Below, piece after piece: positions 11,614 to 23,812 of a stretch of DNA of 64,000 bases (position 1 is the stretch's first letter; each line of letters begins with the position of its first letter). Source of the DNA: Adineta vaga (Eukaryota > Animalia > Rotifera); contig CP075493.1 in assembly GCA_021613535.1 (NCBI GenBank), forward strand, positions 14,756,001 through 14,820,000, given 5' to 3'. The notes under the pieces are model-generated. The model searched no databases, was not told the origin of the DNA, and was given only the letters and a program-made list of their open reading frames with translations. Position numbers and translations under genes: made by a program.

Positions 11614-14600
11614 ATGGTGACAATATGGTGCGTAAAAGTGACATGTCTACGACGACTTGTGGGAAATGACGAGTTAGCGAAGGAGTTTGGTATTGAAGAA
11701 AATAGAGCTACCGTCCCACGGAATCAATCAGGACCGAATTTTTTTGCTTGGATAAACAAGTTTGCGGATGAAAATGAAGCTCATAAGTTTGCTAAAAAAT
11801 GGGATAGAAAAAATATTTGTTCCTATACAATTACATGCAAGTCAGTAGAACGCAACGATAATGGTAGAGCTCGATCGGTATCTATAGCGACTTCTCGATC
11901 ATCTATGACTCAAAATCAAGCTTTTACGAATTGGCTTCCCGCCGCTAATCAAGTTACAACAATGTCTATGCTAGGTAAGTTTCATCTAGAAATTCTGGAT
12001 TAAAATCTTATGAGAAAAGTGAATAATTTTTTCTCTATCGTTCTTTCTTTTCCTTCATATTCGATACTGTATAAATTATAGTATCGTAGTAGGATTACCG
12101 GAGCCTCGCCAATATTACTTGAGTTCCTTGAAAATAGGTGTTTAGGTGAGCTGCGAATACGTTCTATCATGCTCATTGTGAAATGCGTAGGTTATCATAG
12201 TAGAACAATTTCTTTTCTCTATTTGAAGACGATACCACATCAAAAGCTAAACATAAAGAAAGAGATGATGACCATGGTGATAATCGTAACGTCACAACAA
12301 TAAATTCTATTACTTTACGTCAATCGCGCCAAGATAAACATTCCTTCCAATCTGATAGTAAACCTATCATTGGTATGGCAACCGTTGCTACTAAAGGTAT
12401 GCGTAGTTCGAGTACGTTTGGTGGAGCTTCGAAACCATATGTATACCCTCGAGATGATACTTGTTCAGATGATGTGAACGACACTTCAACATGTAAAGAT
12501 GGTTTTAACTGCGAAAATTTCGATTGTAAAGCTAGCCATCCGATCGGTAGAACAAAAAAATGTCAATATGCAGCAAAATGCACAAACGCGGAATGCAAAT
12601 GTTTACATCCTTCGTTACCTACGGCCGCTTGTACAGACTTTAATCATTGTCAAGTGTGGCAATGTCCTGCATCACATTCAGAAAATCGACCGAAAAATTG
12701 TTTGTATGGTCCACATTGTTATATCGCTACATGTACTTATCTGCATCCATCTAGCCGAAAAGTATGTTTCATTGGTGTTGATTGTAAGGATCTTGATTGT
12801 TCCGAGAACCATCCACCCGGACGATCGTCGATATGTGATCAAGGATTCGATTGCGGTAATTATTATTGTCACAATCTTCATCCTGCTACTTGGAATCCGT
12901 GTGAAGATGGTAGAGAATGCGTCAATCCTATTTGTCCATATACCTCACATCCGCCAGATCGAATAATGTCTACTATCTTAAGGTTCTCTGAGAGAAGAAG
13001 ACCAATGAAAGCTTTGAAACTATTGAAGACAAAAGAACAGCGTCAAGAGGATAGAAAAAAAGCAAACTTGCCAATACTTGCTTGTGAAAAGGATTTTTGT
13101 CAACGATTAGAAACAGAACGCGTCTTGGTCGTTACAGCTGAAACAGGCAGTGGAAAAAGTACACAACTACCTCAATATGCGGCTGAATATTTCCATGGGC
13201 TTGTCGTCTGCACTCAACCGAGAGCAATTGCAGCTATCTCGCTTGCTCGTCGTGTAGCTGATGAGTATGATGGAACATCGGTAGGAGAATCGGTTGGCTA
13301 CGAGGTGGGTCGTAGAGGCGCAAATATGACCACCAATAAAGTACCTGGGAAAAGCATTGTTTTTATGACTGATGCTGCTTTGATACAAAAAAGTCAACTA
13401 AACCGTCAATTGGATGATGTGCGCGTATTGATTATTGACGAATCTCATGAACGATCATTAAATACAGATATTGTCTTGGGTTTAGCGAAACTATTATTAT
13501 GTGAGCGAACATCTGATTTCTATGTTGTTATTGCGTCAGCGACAATTATGCCCGATCAGTTTCTTCGATTCTTTGATAGGAATGATAACCAAGCGCTTAA
13601 CGTTCCCGGTCGAACTTACCATGTTGAAATTGAATATATTCCAAAACCAGATGATTCAGATGAAGACCATGTTGTATCAACTTTACTGAAAGTCCATAGT
13701 CAGCATGAAGGACATACTTTAGTATTTCTGCCGGGTCAACAGGAGATTGAGCAAGCCATCAAACTTTTCTCAGCTAACATACCAAACAACTGTGTTGCAT
13801 TACCATTGCATGGAGCTCTTTCGCCCGAAGAACAAACTGGAGTCCTTCAGTTTGATGAAAACCCATCTGAACAGCGACGTATGGTGATTTTTTGTACCAA
13901 TATTGCCGAAACATCGTTAACGATAAAAAATACTCGCTTGGTTATTGATTCTGGATTAGCAAAAGAGGCTCGCTTTGATCCTAGACGTCGTTTCACTATT
14001 ATCGAGACAGTTCGTATTTCCAAATCGTCTGCAACCCAACGTACTGGTCGAGCAGGTCGGACAGATAAAGGCCATTGCATTCGTTTATACAAAGAAGATG
14101 AATTACAACGTCTGAATATTGAGCCAGAAATTCATCGCTCATCACTTGACTTGATTGTTCTACAACTCCTTCGCTTGGAACTAGATCCTATGAAGTTTCC
14201 TTTTATGGACTCACCAAATGACGCAGATCTACATGCATCATTGACACTGCTAAATCAACTTTCCTGTATCCAAGAAAATAAAAGTCTTAGTCGGCGTGGT
14301 GAACTTTTCAATGAACTCGGACTTGATCCACGTTTGAGTGCGTTTCTAGTAGATAGTTATCTGGAGCACGGTCCTATCATTGAATTGACTGCGACTATCG
14401 TCGCTATCTTAACAGCACCGGGATCAATTTTTATCATGGGTGGTGCGACCAAGGAAATTAAGCAAGCGGCTCTTGGACGCGTTTCACTAGGCGCGCAGCA
14501 GTACGAAAGCGATCTAATCTATTTTAATACAATTTACAATCAATGGAAGAAAATAGGTGTAATAGATCCCAAATCTCGTATCTGTGTAACATGTCAAAAA

Positions 14601-17600
14601 GTCGTCAAACGTGAGCAAGCATGTCGTTTGTGTCGTCTTAAATATAGCTGTGATAATAACTTGAACAGTAAAATTCTCTACAATGTAGAAAACTCATCTG
14701 ATGTTTTTATTAAAATATTTAAAAACCAACGTTGGGAGCTCAATTCTGGCTTTTTAACAAACGTGATCGAAAGCGATTTTATCAGTAAATATTTGTTAAA
14801 ACATTTTCCTGAACATTATGGATATCTTCTCGTACCACACCTACCGAATGAAGGTGCTTACTTACAAAAAAATGATCTTCGAGTACGCATTACTAGAACG
14901 AGTGTTTTTGTTCAACGTCGAACAAATAAAGTTCATTTTATTGCTATGTCAGTCACTCAATTGCCTAACAAAGAGTATGTAATTGAGCGTCTGCATCCAG
15001 TTAATCCACCAAATGATATATATATTCCGATTTTGTCACAATTAGAAATAATTGAGAATGTCGGCTGGGAATGGAACACTGAGATACGAAAGAAAATGAA
15101 AACTTATGGCACAACACCATGGACTAAATGGCTTGTCTATGAATATGATCAGAATCAATGTAAATTCATTGTATGGGGTGATACAAATACAAAGAATGAT
15201 CTTTGTCACAACTTAAATACCGTGACACAGTCAACTCGCGACGACTTATTAGATCGTAATCGTTCTCTCGATTGTGGACCTATTCGAGGATTATTCAGCA
15301 GCGGTCTCACGTGTATACGTATCGATAATATGCATCATATGACGAGTTCCAATAATCGAATTGATTTACAACATGTTCCATGTAGAACATTGGAAGAATT
15401 TCATGAGTGGTTCGAATCAAAAGCAGGTTGTACTCGTCAGTTTATTCGTGATCATAATTTTCGGTCATGTGTTGAACCTGTATCAGACAGTAATGCTTAT
15501 GAAGCACCACAGTTTTTTGTCGTTCTTAATTCTGATGATTTTTTTAATCGGGTCATGGATCAAATACCAAAGAATTACATAAATCCATGTCCAACAGGTG
15601 TATCCAAAAGTGTCCATATGTCTGAAAAAACCACTTGGGGTCGACAACTAATATTGAAAGTCAAAGATGTCATACCGATGACTGAAGAACAAGTAAAAAC
15701 AATCCTCGGCAACTCGATTATTAGTTGCAAACGACAGGGTAAGAAAGGATTATCTGTCCTACATTTAACAAATTTGCCAGCAAAGATTGAAGAACAACAC
15801 ATAAAAACACTTCTCGGAAAAGATATCATTCCTAGACAGATTACTATTCTTCCTTCTGATTCAAATAATCGTGAAATTGGTAGCACTACTGTTCGTATTA
15901 CTTTTGATGATCCACAGTTGTGTGATAAAGTCTTTCATTCCCTTCAATCTAGACTATGTACGGGAACACACATGATAACTATTTTTTCGAGCAAGAAACA
16001 AAATTACATAAAAATTCCTGTTAGTCCTACCTGTAACAAACTGAAGATGGAACCTTCAGAATTTCTAATTACTACAAAGAGTCGACAAGATGCACATGAT
16101 ATCTACTCCAAATCATGGCCTAATTGGACGGTGCATAGTTCCTCATGTGTCACTGTAACACATTTGGAGCTACATCCAGATCTCAAAAATTCGATCTCAT
16201 ACATATGCAGCAAGTTTAAGGTTCATGAAGAATACCATCCTCTACTACAGAGAGGTGATTATCAAGCTGCGCGTTATTATTTTACAGGCAATATTCCATC
16301 TGCGACTGCTCTTGCTGCTTCTATGCTCTATCAAATAACATCGCCAATCGTAATTAAATTAAGTGATAATCGACAAAGATATTTCTTCAAAGAGCTATTT
16401 AAACAAAATCTTATGCAAACTTGGGCAAAAGAACTCAAATTAGTATGCGAAGAGAAGGATAAATATGGAGCCATTGTGCAAATTTGTGGACCACAAATTG
16501 AGCAGGGTCAATTGATGCGTCGTATTGGTGACTATTCAGATCAGTTCGATGATCGATTTATTGTTTACGATCTGAATACTACCACTGTGGGCTATTTTGG
16601 TCGTCAAAAAGCTGCTGATGTGAGATTACAAGAGATTGATATTAAATGTAATTCTGAGGGATGTAGTGTAACTCTTGATCGTCGAACAAGTTCCATTATT
16701 TTTTATGCACAACCAAATGCAACAAAGGAGGCAATTCATCGTTGTAAGACAGATGTAGAACAATTGTTGAAGTTAGTAACGAACATTGTTGATGATGATG
16801 ATGATTCAGACATATCTGATACAATCTACCAACAAGATTGCACGCGTGAATGCGCTTTTTGTAAACACAAAAAAATTGCTACGCGAACATTTCGTATTTG
16901 TGGCCATGCCTACTGTCGATGTGCAGTAAGCACATTGAAAAAACTGCCTTTGACATGTCCTAAATGTCAATTAAAAATTCATATTCAAGACATAATAGAA
17001 ATTTTTTGCAGTAATCGTGGAGACTTAATTCAATTATGCAAAACTGCGATCCAAAATTATCTTGAATCGACTGCAAATCCAACCGATGAAGATCTCTTGT
17101 TCTGTCCAAATGAATCTTGTGAAGGTTTAATTATACGTAGCAAAGGTTATCAAATATGTTATACCTGTGGACACAGTGTATGTGGAAAGTGTAATTTAAT
17201 CGACGACGAATGGCATGAAAATCGTACATGTGTGGAACGTGAACAATTTCAAAAAGAGAAAACAGAATTTTTCCCACAACTTTTCAAGGCTGTTAAAGAA
17301 TTCGTAAAAGACAATTGGCCACCGTTATTACCGAATGTCCTTGATATCATATGTAATCCATATATTGAACAACCTAATTATCCATCTTTGACACGGTTTT
17401 ATGCTGGTGTCCATGAGCTAGGACAACAGCCACCACCTGATCTGAAACAAGGATTTTTTGCTTTTCATGGTACATCACCCAAAGCAGTTGAATCCATCTG
17501 TCATTCTGGTTTTGATCCAAGTAGACGTTCGGGACAAGCATACGGACCTGGAGAATATTTTGGTGTGACAGCAGCTGTTTCGCATGGCTATTCAAAAAAA

Positions 17601-18338
17601 GATAATCCATCAACTGATAATTATATGATGATAGTTGCATACCTTTTGAAATCCGATCGAGTAAAAACCTTCAAGGATTTTTGTTATGTAGTAAATAATC
17701 CAATAGATTGGAAAACTTCATTTAACTTACCTGTAGCTTTGATTACATATGGAAAAAAGCCTACAACTGGTCCTTCTTTCTCTCTCATTCTCAAACCAAC
17801 TTTAGCAAGTCAACTTCAAGAAACTACTCGGTCTATTACATGGAAGTCACCTTTTCGGTGGTATTGGCGCAAAGATAATGGAAATTTTGAGCCATACAAC
17901 GATAAGATTAATCAAATATTAGAAGAGTTCTATGAAAAATGGAAAATTGAAAAAGGACCATCATCCGTCGTAACGCCACCGCTTATTCGGTATATTGATG
18001 ATCTTCCACAAACCTATCGAATTGACTTTGTAACTAATCGACAAACTCATGAAAGAACTCACTTTGTACGTCCTATTGAACGAAAACGTTCCACCGAATC
18101 AACATTCGAAACCAAAATGCGATGGTTTTATCGAAATGAATACAAAATATGGACTCTTTATGAATCTATGGTACAAAAACAAATTGACGATGCTTATCAA
18201 TCCTATATTTCATGTAACGGTCCAAGCAAACTAAATGTTCAATTTCCTGGTCGGCCAGAACAGTATCAAATCAATTTTGTAATGGGCACACAAAAAAATA
18301 CGATCTCGAATGAGACACGAGAGATTAAACATGAATAA
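11614..18338 (+). CDS. Multidomain RRM-7xCCCH-DExH helicase/HA2-RRM-RING-IBR-PARP(ART)-2xWWE protein, ~2156 aa; join(11614..11974,12229..18338)
   Basis: Phase-1 intron 11975..12228 (GTAAGT...GAAG) joins the RRM-like exon in frame. Motifs: AETGSGKST, TQPR, DESH, SAT, TNIAETS, QRTGRAGR; CAFC..CGH..CPKC; CPNESC..CYTC..CGKC..H..C; FHGT..YGPGEYF; two WWE-like repeats (WYW..FEPY; WFY..WTLY). Confidence 0.92.
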
Positions 18339-18440
18339 ATAAACTTTTAATCAATAAAATCACCTAATAAATGATTGTCAAATAATACTGTTTATCTTAA
18401 TAACATAGATACTTTAACAATTAGAAAGTTCGAAAACCAT

Positions 18441-18489
18441 CTTGAATGGTGAGGATGAGGATGTAAAGATTCCATCGACTCACACCTTG
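18441..18489. repeat. Degenerate telomere-like hairpin at the cassette junction
   Basis: CTTGAATGGTGAGGATGAGG...ACTCACACCTTG abuts the start of the right copy of repeat C. Confidence 0.6.
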
Positions 18490-18856
18490 TTTTAAACAGT
18501 TTCTTGTTCCTCTTATTGTCAATGAAAACAATGAAATAAATAATCGTGCTTATAAAAATCATAGTGAGATTGTTTTCACATATCAATAATGACGGGAATT
18601 TCCATCGATTACTCATTGTATGCGCAATCAACCGATACTAACCAATTATTACCTTAAATAAATAATCGAAAAAAAAACGATAGTAATTTATACAGAAAAA
18701 TCCAATCATGTCCGCATCCAAAAGTAATACTATTTCATATACAAATAATAATTGTAGTCCCATTATTTGTTCATCATGTGGTCAGTCTATTAATATTGCA
18801 TCAAATGATGAAGAATATTACAAATGTCAACAATGTGCACATCATCATGTTTGTAA
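18487..18856. repeat. Direct repeat C, right copy
   Basis: Matches 10541..10788 and continues into the full ZZ gene. Confidence 0.92.
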
Positions 18857-19758
18857 AAAATGTTTACAATCACCAGTGAATAAAGAAAGTAATCATCAGT
18901 TTAAAAAGGTAAATTGTTGGATTTCATTGAAAATGAAATTATTTATTTTTGATTTCTGTTTCAAAGATTTTACCGACAATTAGTAAAGTACAAGATTCAA
19001 TGACTAGTACCAACTCACAACCCCTCTCTATATTCAGAAACAATGACTATTTATTATTCTATATCACATACTGTGATCATTGCTTGAATGTTCTCTATGT
19101 TAATAAGCAAGTAATATATACATGTGATCAATGTCCTAGTTTTGTTGCCTGTGAAAAATGTGTCAATCTCGTAACAACTCAACATCCAGTACAACATAGA
19201 TTTATAAAGAGTAAGATATCTAATAATGATGTTGGTCGACACTTTGGAATAACATGCGACGGTTGTAAGGAAGGAAATATACGAAATTTAAGATATCAAT
19301 GCGAACAATGTGAATAAAGTTATGATTTATGCTATAAATGTTTTCGACAATCAAAGAAAATTCATAATAACTTACATACGTTTAAATTTCTACAGGATCC
19401 ATTAATTCGTTCAAGTAATCGTCAAGTATTAGCTCGACGTACAGTAGATTGGTTTGCTCGTCAAAAGACTTCGAATGTTAACCAACGGGAACCCATAACA
19501 GGATGGACAAAAAATGATGCGGAACAAATTATTCAAATAGAAAATCAATTTCTTCAAGATTACAAACGAACTAAACAACAAATTGAGGAAATAGAATGGT
19601 ATGGGGAAAAACAGAGACAAGAACATGAAATTAGAATGGCTCAAATGATTGCTGATTCACAATTACGAATGTTGAGAATGGATATAGATTCTTCTAATAA
19701 AATGTTCGATAGACTCAGCGATGCTGCATCTGCAAGTTATTATCGATATCATTACTAA
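18708..19758 (+). pseudogene. Triple ZZ-type zinc-finger protein with a premature stop; join(18708..18908,18967..19758)
   Basis: HFGITCDGC..RYQCEQCE*SYDLCYKC is a ZZ consensus interrupted by TAA at 19315; two more CxxC-CxxC-CxxC-H units upstream; 58-bp intron. Confidence 0.8.
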
Positions 19759-20241
19759 TATTAAACTTGATATTAATAACAAAATCCATGTTTTAATTAA
19801 AATATTAACCCTAATATTTTTATAAATAGCTCCATTTATGTATTTATTCCTCCTTTTATAAACATGAAAATTGGAAAACAGAAGTTTAATAAATGATTGC
19901 ATTAAAACAAAAGAAACATTTTTATTATCAAAACAAATTGTACATTTTCCTTCCTCGAAAATCTTGAATTTTGTTAAAACTAAATTAAAATTTGTAATAC
20001 ATACATCACGTATATTAACAATGAGAATCAATAAAATTTCGAGATTTCTTCGTTTGGAAAACATGATCAAAGATAGTTAACATCGGATAGCTTTCAATGA
20101 TATGAGTTTTTATCTTAATCAAATATGCTTTCCTGTAAATCATTAATAATCTCGACGAAACATATTTGAAAGCACAATTTCATTGTATAGTATACTCATA
20201 ATGAAAAGTAAAGAAAGTTGTTTGTGAATTCTATTTGATGT

Positions 20242-20315
20242 GCTCTTGTAGCGTAAGTGGTAAATGCATCCGGCCGTTAACCGGAAGACAGGTGGTTCAA
20301 GTCCACTCGGGAGCG
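20242..20315 (+). tRNA. tRNA-Asn(GTT), copy 2
   Basis: Acceptor stem GCTCTTG/CGGGAGC, anticodon arm TCCGG-CCGTTAA-CCGGA, T-arm GGTGG-TTCAAGT-CCACT, T-run terminator. Confidence 0.82.
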
Positions 20316-20883
20316 TCTTTTTTTCTTTTTTACATAATTATATTTGACATTATGATGAAAATGATTGCAATATTGCGAAAGTTTTCATCAGCTATTATCA
20401 AATAATATATCTATGATTCATAATTTTTTTCCTTCCAGATAGTTACAAATAAAAACAAAAACTGCGCATTCAACGATTGATCAAAGATTCATTGTTTTGC
20501 TTAAAAACGTATGGCAAATATATTTTCTAGTTCTGCTACAAGAAAATGCAATTTATCATTTTTTGCGAACATATTATTTCATTCTTCTGATTATCTCTGA
20601 CCTCTCGAGAAATAATGTCAGTTATGTGAAACTGATAATAATTAAAAAACGTTAGTTATCACATTTATGCAACGATCATACACTATCAAGTAAGTAAAGT
20701 ACGCCATATTTTCTTCTTCGACTTTAATTGGTTTGATAAAAACAAAAGAGGAGGTTTCATTTTCAAAATTTATTGTTTTACAGATGAATTTAATAACATA
20801 ATTCGACTCTTATTAGTTGCTTATATATTTAGATAAACAACGTCTGTGTTCCTGCATACAAGAAAGTTATTCAAAAAGTGCTA

Positions 20884-21257
20884 ATGATGACAATAATATT
20901 TATATGTGGACTTTATAATTTGGCTTTTGCATTGTTTCATATTGATTTTTGGAAAATATTTCAATGGAACAATGAATTAAGAAAATTAAGCTTTGCCAAT
21001 CGAGGAATTATGCAAATTCTCAATGGACAAATGTCTACTATTTCTTTTCGGTTGCTTTCATCTGTTTCGTTTTTCCAGACGAACTCATATCTACGAAATT
21101 AGGAAATACTTTCCTACTCATCTGTTCGTTATTTTGGTTTATAAGAACTTTACAACAATTTATATTTCTGAGATCAAATCATTATATAATTCATATTTTG
21201 ACAACTTTCTTCATTGTTGGAACTATAATATTTGCATTGCCAGTTTTTATAAAATAA
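20884..21257 (+). pseudogene. Small 4-TM bacterial-type membrane protein with one frameshift near 21030
   Basis: GLYNLAFALFHIDFWKIFQW..LRKLSFANRGIMQILN continues in another frame as ..FPDELISTKLG..SLFWFIRTLQQF..LPVFIK*; intronless. Confidence 0.65.
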
Positions 21258-23755
21258 GGTTATCTTTTGTTAAATAAATCATTTTCTTGTACAAACCATT
21301 CCTTTCTCACAGAAAATTACGTTTAGAAAATGTTAGCCATCGCCATATATTAGCTGACAGAGATATCTTCATTATAAAGAACAACCTTGCTAATCATTAT
21401 GCAAGTCTTTGTATGAAAGATTTCAAAAGTTTATAAAATTTGACAAAAAAAACCTCAGTTGCAAAACTTTTCGCACCATTATTTAAAAATCACAACCATA
21501 TATAGCAGTCTATTATTTTGTCGTTTAGAAATAAACGCATACTTGAACACATGCATCGATTACACAGATAAAAAAATTATTAAATTACTATCAAAACTAA
21601 TTTATATATGATTAGTAACTGTCAAAAATGAACTGGACAAGATTTACATTTTAAAACAATTTGTATAAGATTCTCTACTACATATCACTTTTGATCACCA
21701 ACAAGAGAAAATAAGTATGAATGAATATAAATGAACTGATGTAATATTATTCGAGTATATCAGTGTCATCATTTTATCTTAATTATGATCTATCTTATAT
21801 GATTTTCTCATCCACAGTTTTTTTTACCAAAATAGCTTATTTGTCTAATAAATATACGCAGCAAAGAATGACTGAAGATCCGTTAATACTCTCATCGTTC
21901 ATCTTTATTGATTGGTCATTTAATTTCAATACTTTTTTTATTTATTCATTCTATATAATTGTAAGGGATATTACAAATTCCTGTTTAATTTCCATTAAAG
22001 TAAAGTTCTAGTATTGATTAATGAGATAAATCAATGAAATGAATGAAATTCTTCTTGGTCTTTTTATTGAAAAAAATGAACAACAAATGAATAATTTATA
22101 GATTTTTAAATTTTAAATCGTTCATACTGTTTAGAATATTGTTTTAATTCTTCAATAATTGGTTCTACCAATGTATGAAAAAATTCGACTTTTATTTTAC
22201 CACAAAACAATAAGACGTTTGCAATTACTGTCGAACTATATATGGCCTATCATTGTAAAGATCGACAAAGCCAATAGATTCGTATTGGTCTAAAGCGTCC
22301 ATCAAAACCAATACTTTTCTATTTAATTGGTTTACAGCGGCACTACCTAAACATAATTATTTCTTTATTGAAAATAGAAGGAAATATTTTGCGTATTTAC
22401 CGTTAAAGAGAATATAACATGCGTCGTATTTTTTACCCACTTCAATAATATTTGAAACTGTATTGAATACCTGAATTTCACAAAATTTAGCGATATCAAG
22501 AAGTCTCTTGACATTTAGATGTTTAAAAATATCAACATTTTCAAGTCATTCAAGAATTTCTCCGGCTGTCTAAATAGAATATGAATAGATGATTAATTGA
22601 TTATTAATTTCATACTTACAACAAGTTCGAAATCGTCACGTACAAACTTCTTATGACCTTCACCATCCAGTAGTGTCAAACTCGAAACTAGAATTCAACT
22701 ATTCAAATATTCATTTATTCAAAGAAGTAACGCTCGTTACCCAGACTCACTTTACCCTTAACTGTGAAAAAAAGGTATTCTCTACGTGTGCCAATAGTGA
22801 AACAAATCGATCCAGCAACTTTATATACGAGGAAACGATTCAAATTTTTTCCACCCACACCCTCAAGATTCAAACTATTTGACGCTGTTTATGAATATAT
22901 ATATTACCTAACTCCCAGTAAAATTCATATTTTTGAACGGTTCACATTTTAAGCAGACCGTATTTTTCCTATTTCATACCTCATAACTCTATCAGAAAGT
23001 ATTATGAGCAAAAATCTACGGCATCCACCACCTTGGCAACCACAGCGACGACAACAGCACGCGTTCTTCAAAAACCTACATATAGTACAACAACAGATAT
23101 TCTCATTTGTCGTATTGTATAACTGTCAGCTTCGTGCTTTCCCCAAAGCAATACTACCTGATGATGTACAAATACTGCTTATGAAACTAATTAACACTGC
23201 CAGGCATCCCCGACAACTCAGAAAGACGTATCCAAAAGAATCGCAAACATCAACTCACATTTCCAGCTATATCCCCCAAAAAATGTTTAATTTTCACCGA
23301 AACCCTCGATTAATTCTCCACAAAACAACTTCGGCATTGACTTTCTTGCCTATATTTCATCTCATACAATTCTGACATCCACAAAAATAATTCACATTCC
23401 TCCACCGATCCATTTCCTTCAGCCCAAACGAGTCATACTTCAATCGAACATATAAGAAAAATAAGTAAAGGATATTTAATCCGAGAAAATTCTAAAGAAA
23501 TTAGGTATTTGCAGATTTTTTTAAATTCATCAGATATTATCGGAAGTGTATTCGAATCTGACAGTCGGATTCCAATTCAATTCCGTCACCATGAATCCTA
23601 CAGAATTCTGTTGGATCATCGGTTCCGATCGGATTGATTGACTTGGGTATATTTATTCATATCTCTGCGATGGTTTTACAGTTGGTTGTGATGGATGCAG
23701 AGTTAAATTCTACATCGATTGATGGTACTTTCAAGAAGGCCATAGACCAGAAAAA

Positions 23756-23812
23756 TTGAGGATGTGAGTACCACATTTACATATCAATTTCACCCTCACT
23801 CACACCCTCAAG
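23756..23812. repeat. Telomere-like hairpin element
   Basis: TTGAGGATGTGAGT...ACTCACACCCTCAAG. Confidence 0.85.

Noticed and set aside
21340-23450. Possible decayed retroelement or endonuclease ORF
   Set aside because: Coding-like fragments exist, but I could not identify a convincing RT or GIY-YIG motif; a translated HMM search is needed.
23500-23650. GGATT/AATCC-rich stretch, possibly a MITE end
   Set aside because: Single occurrence in the window with no partner terminus, so it cannot be supported here.
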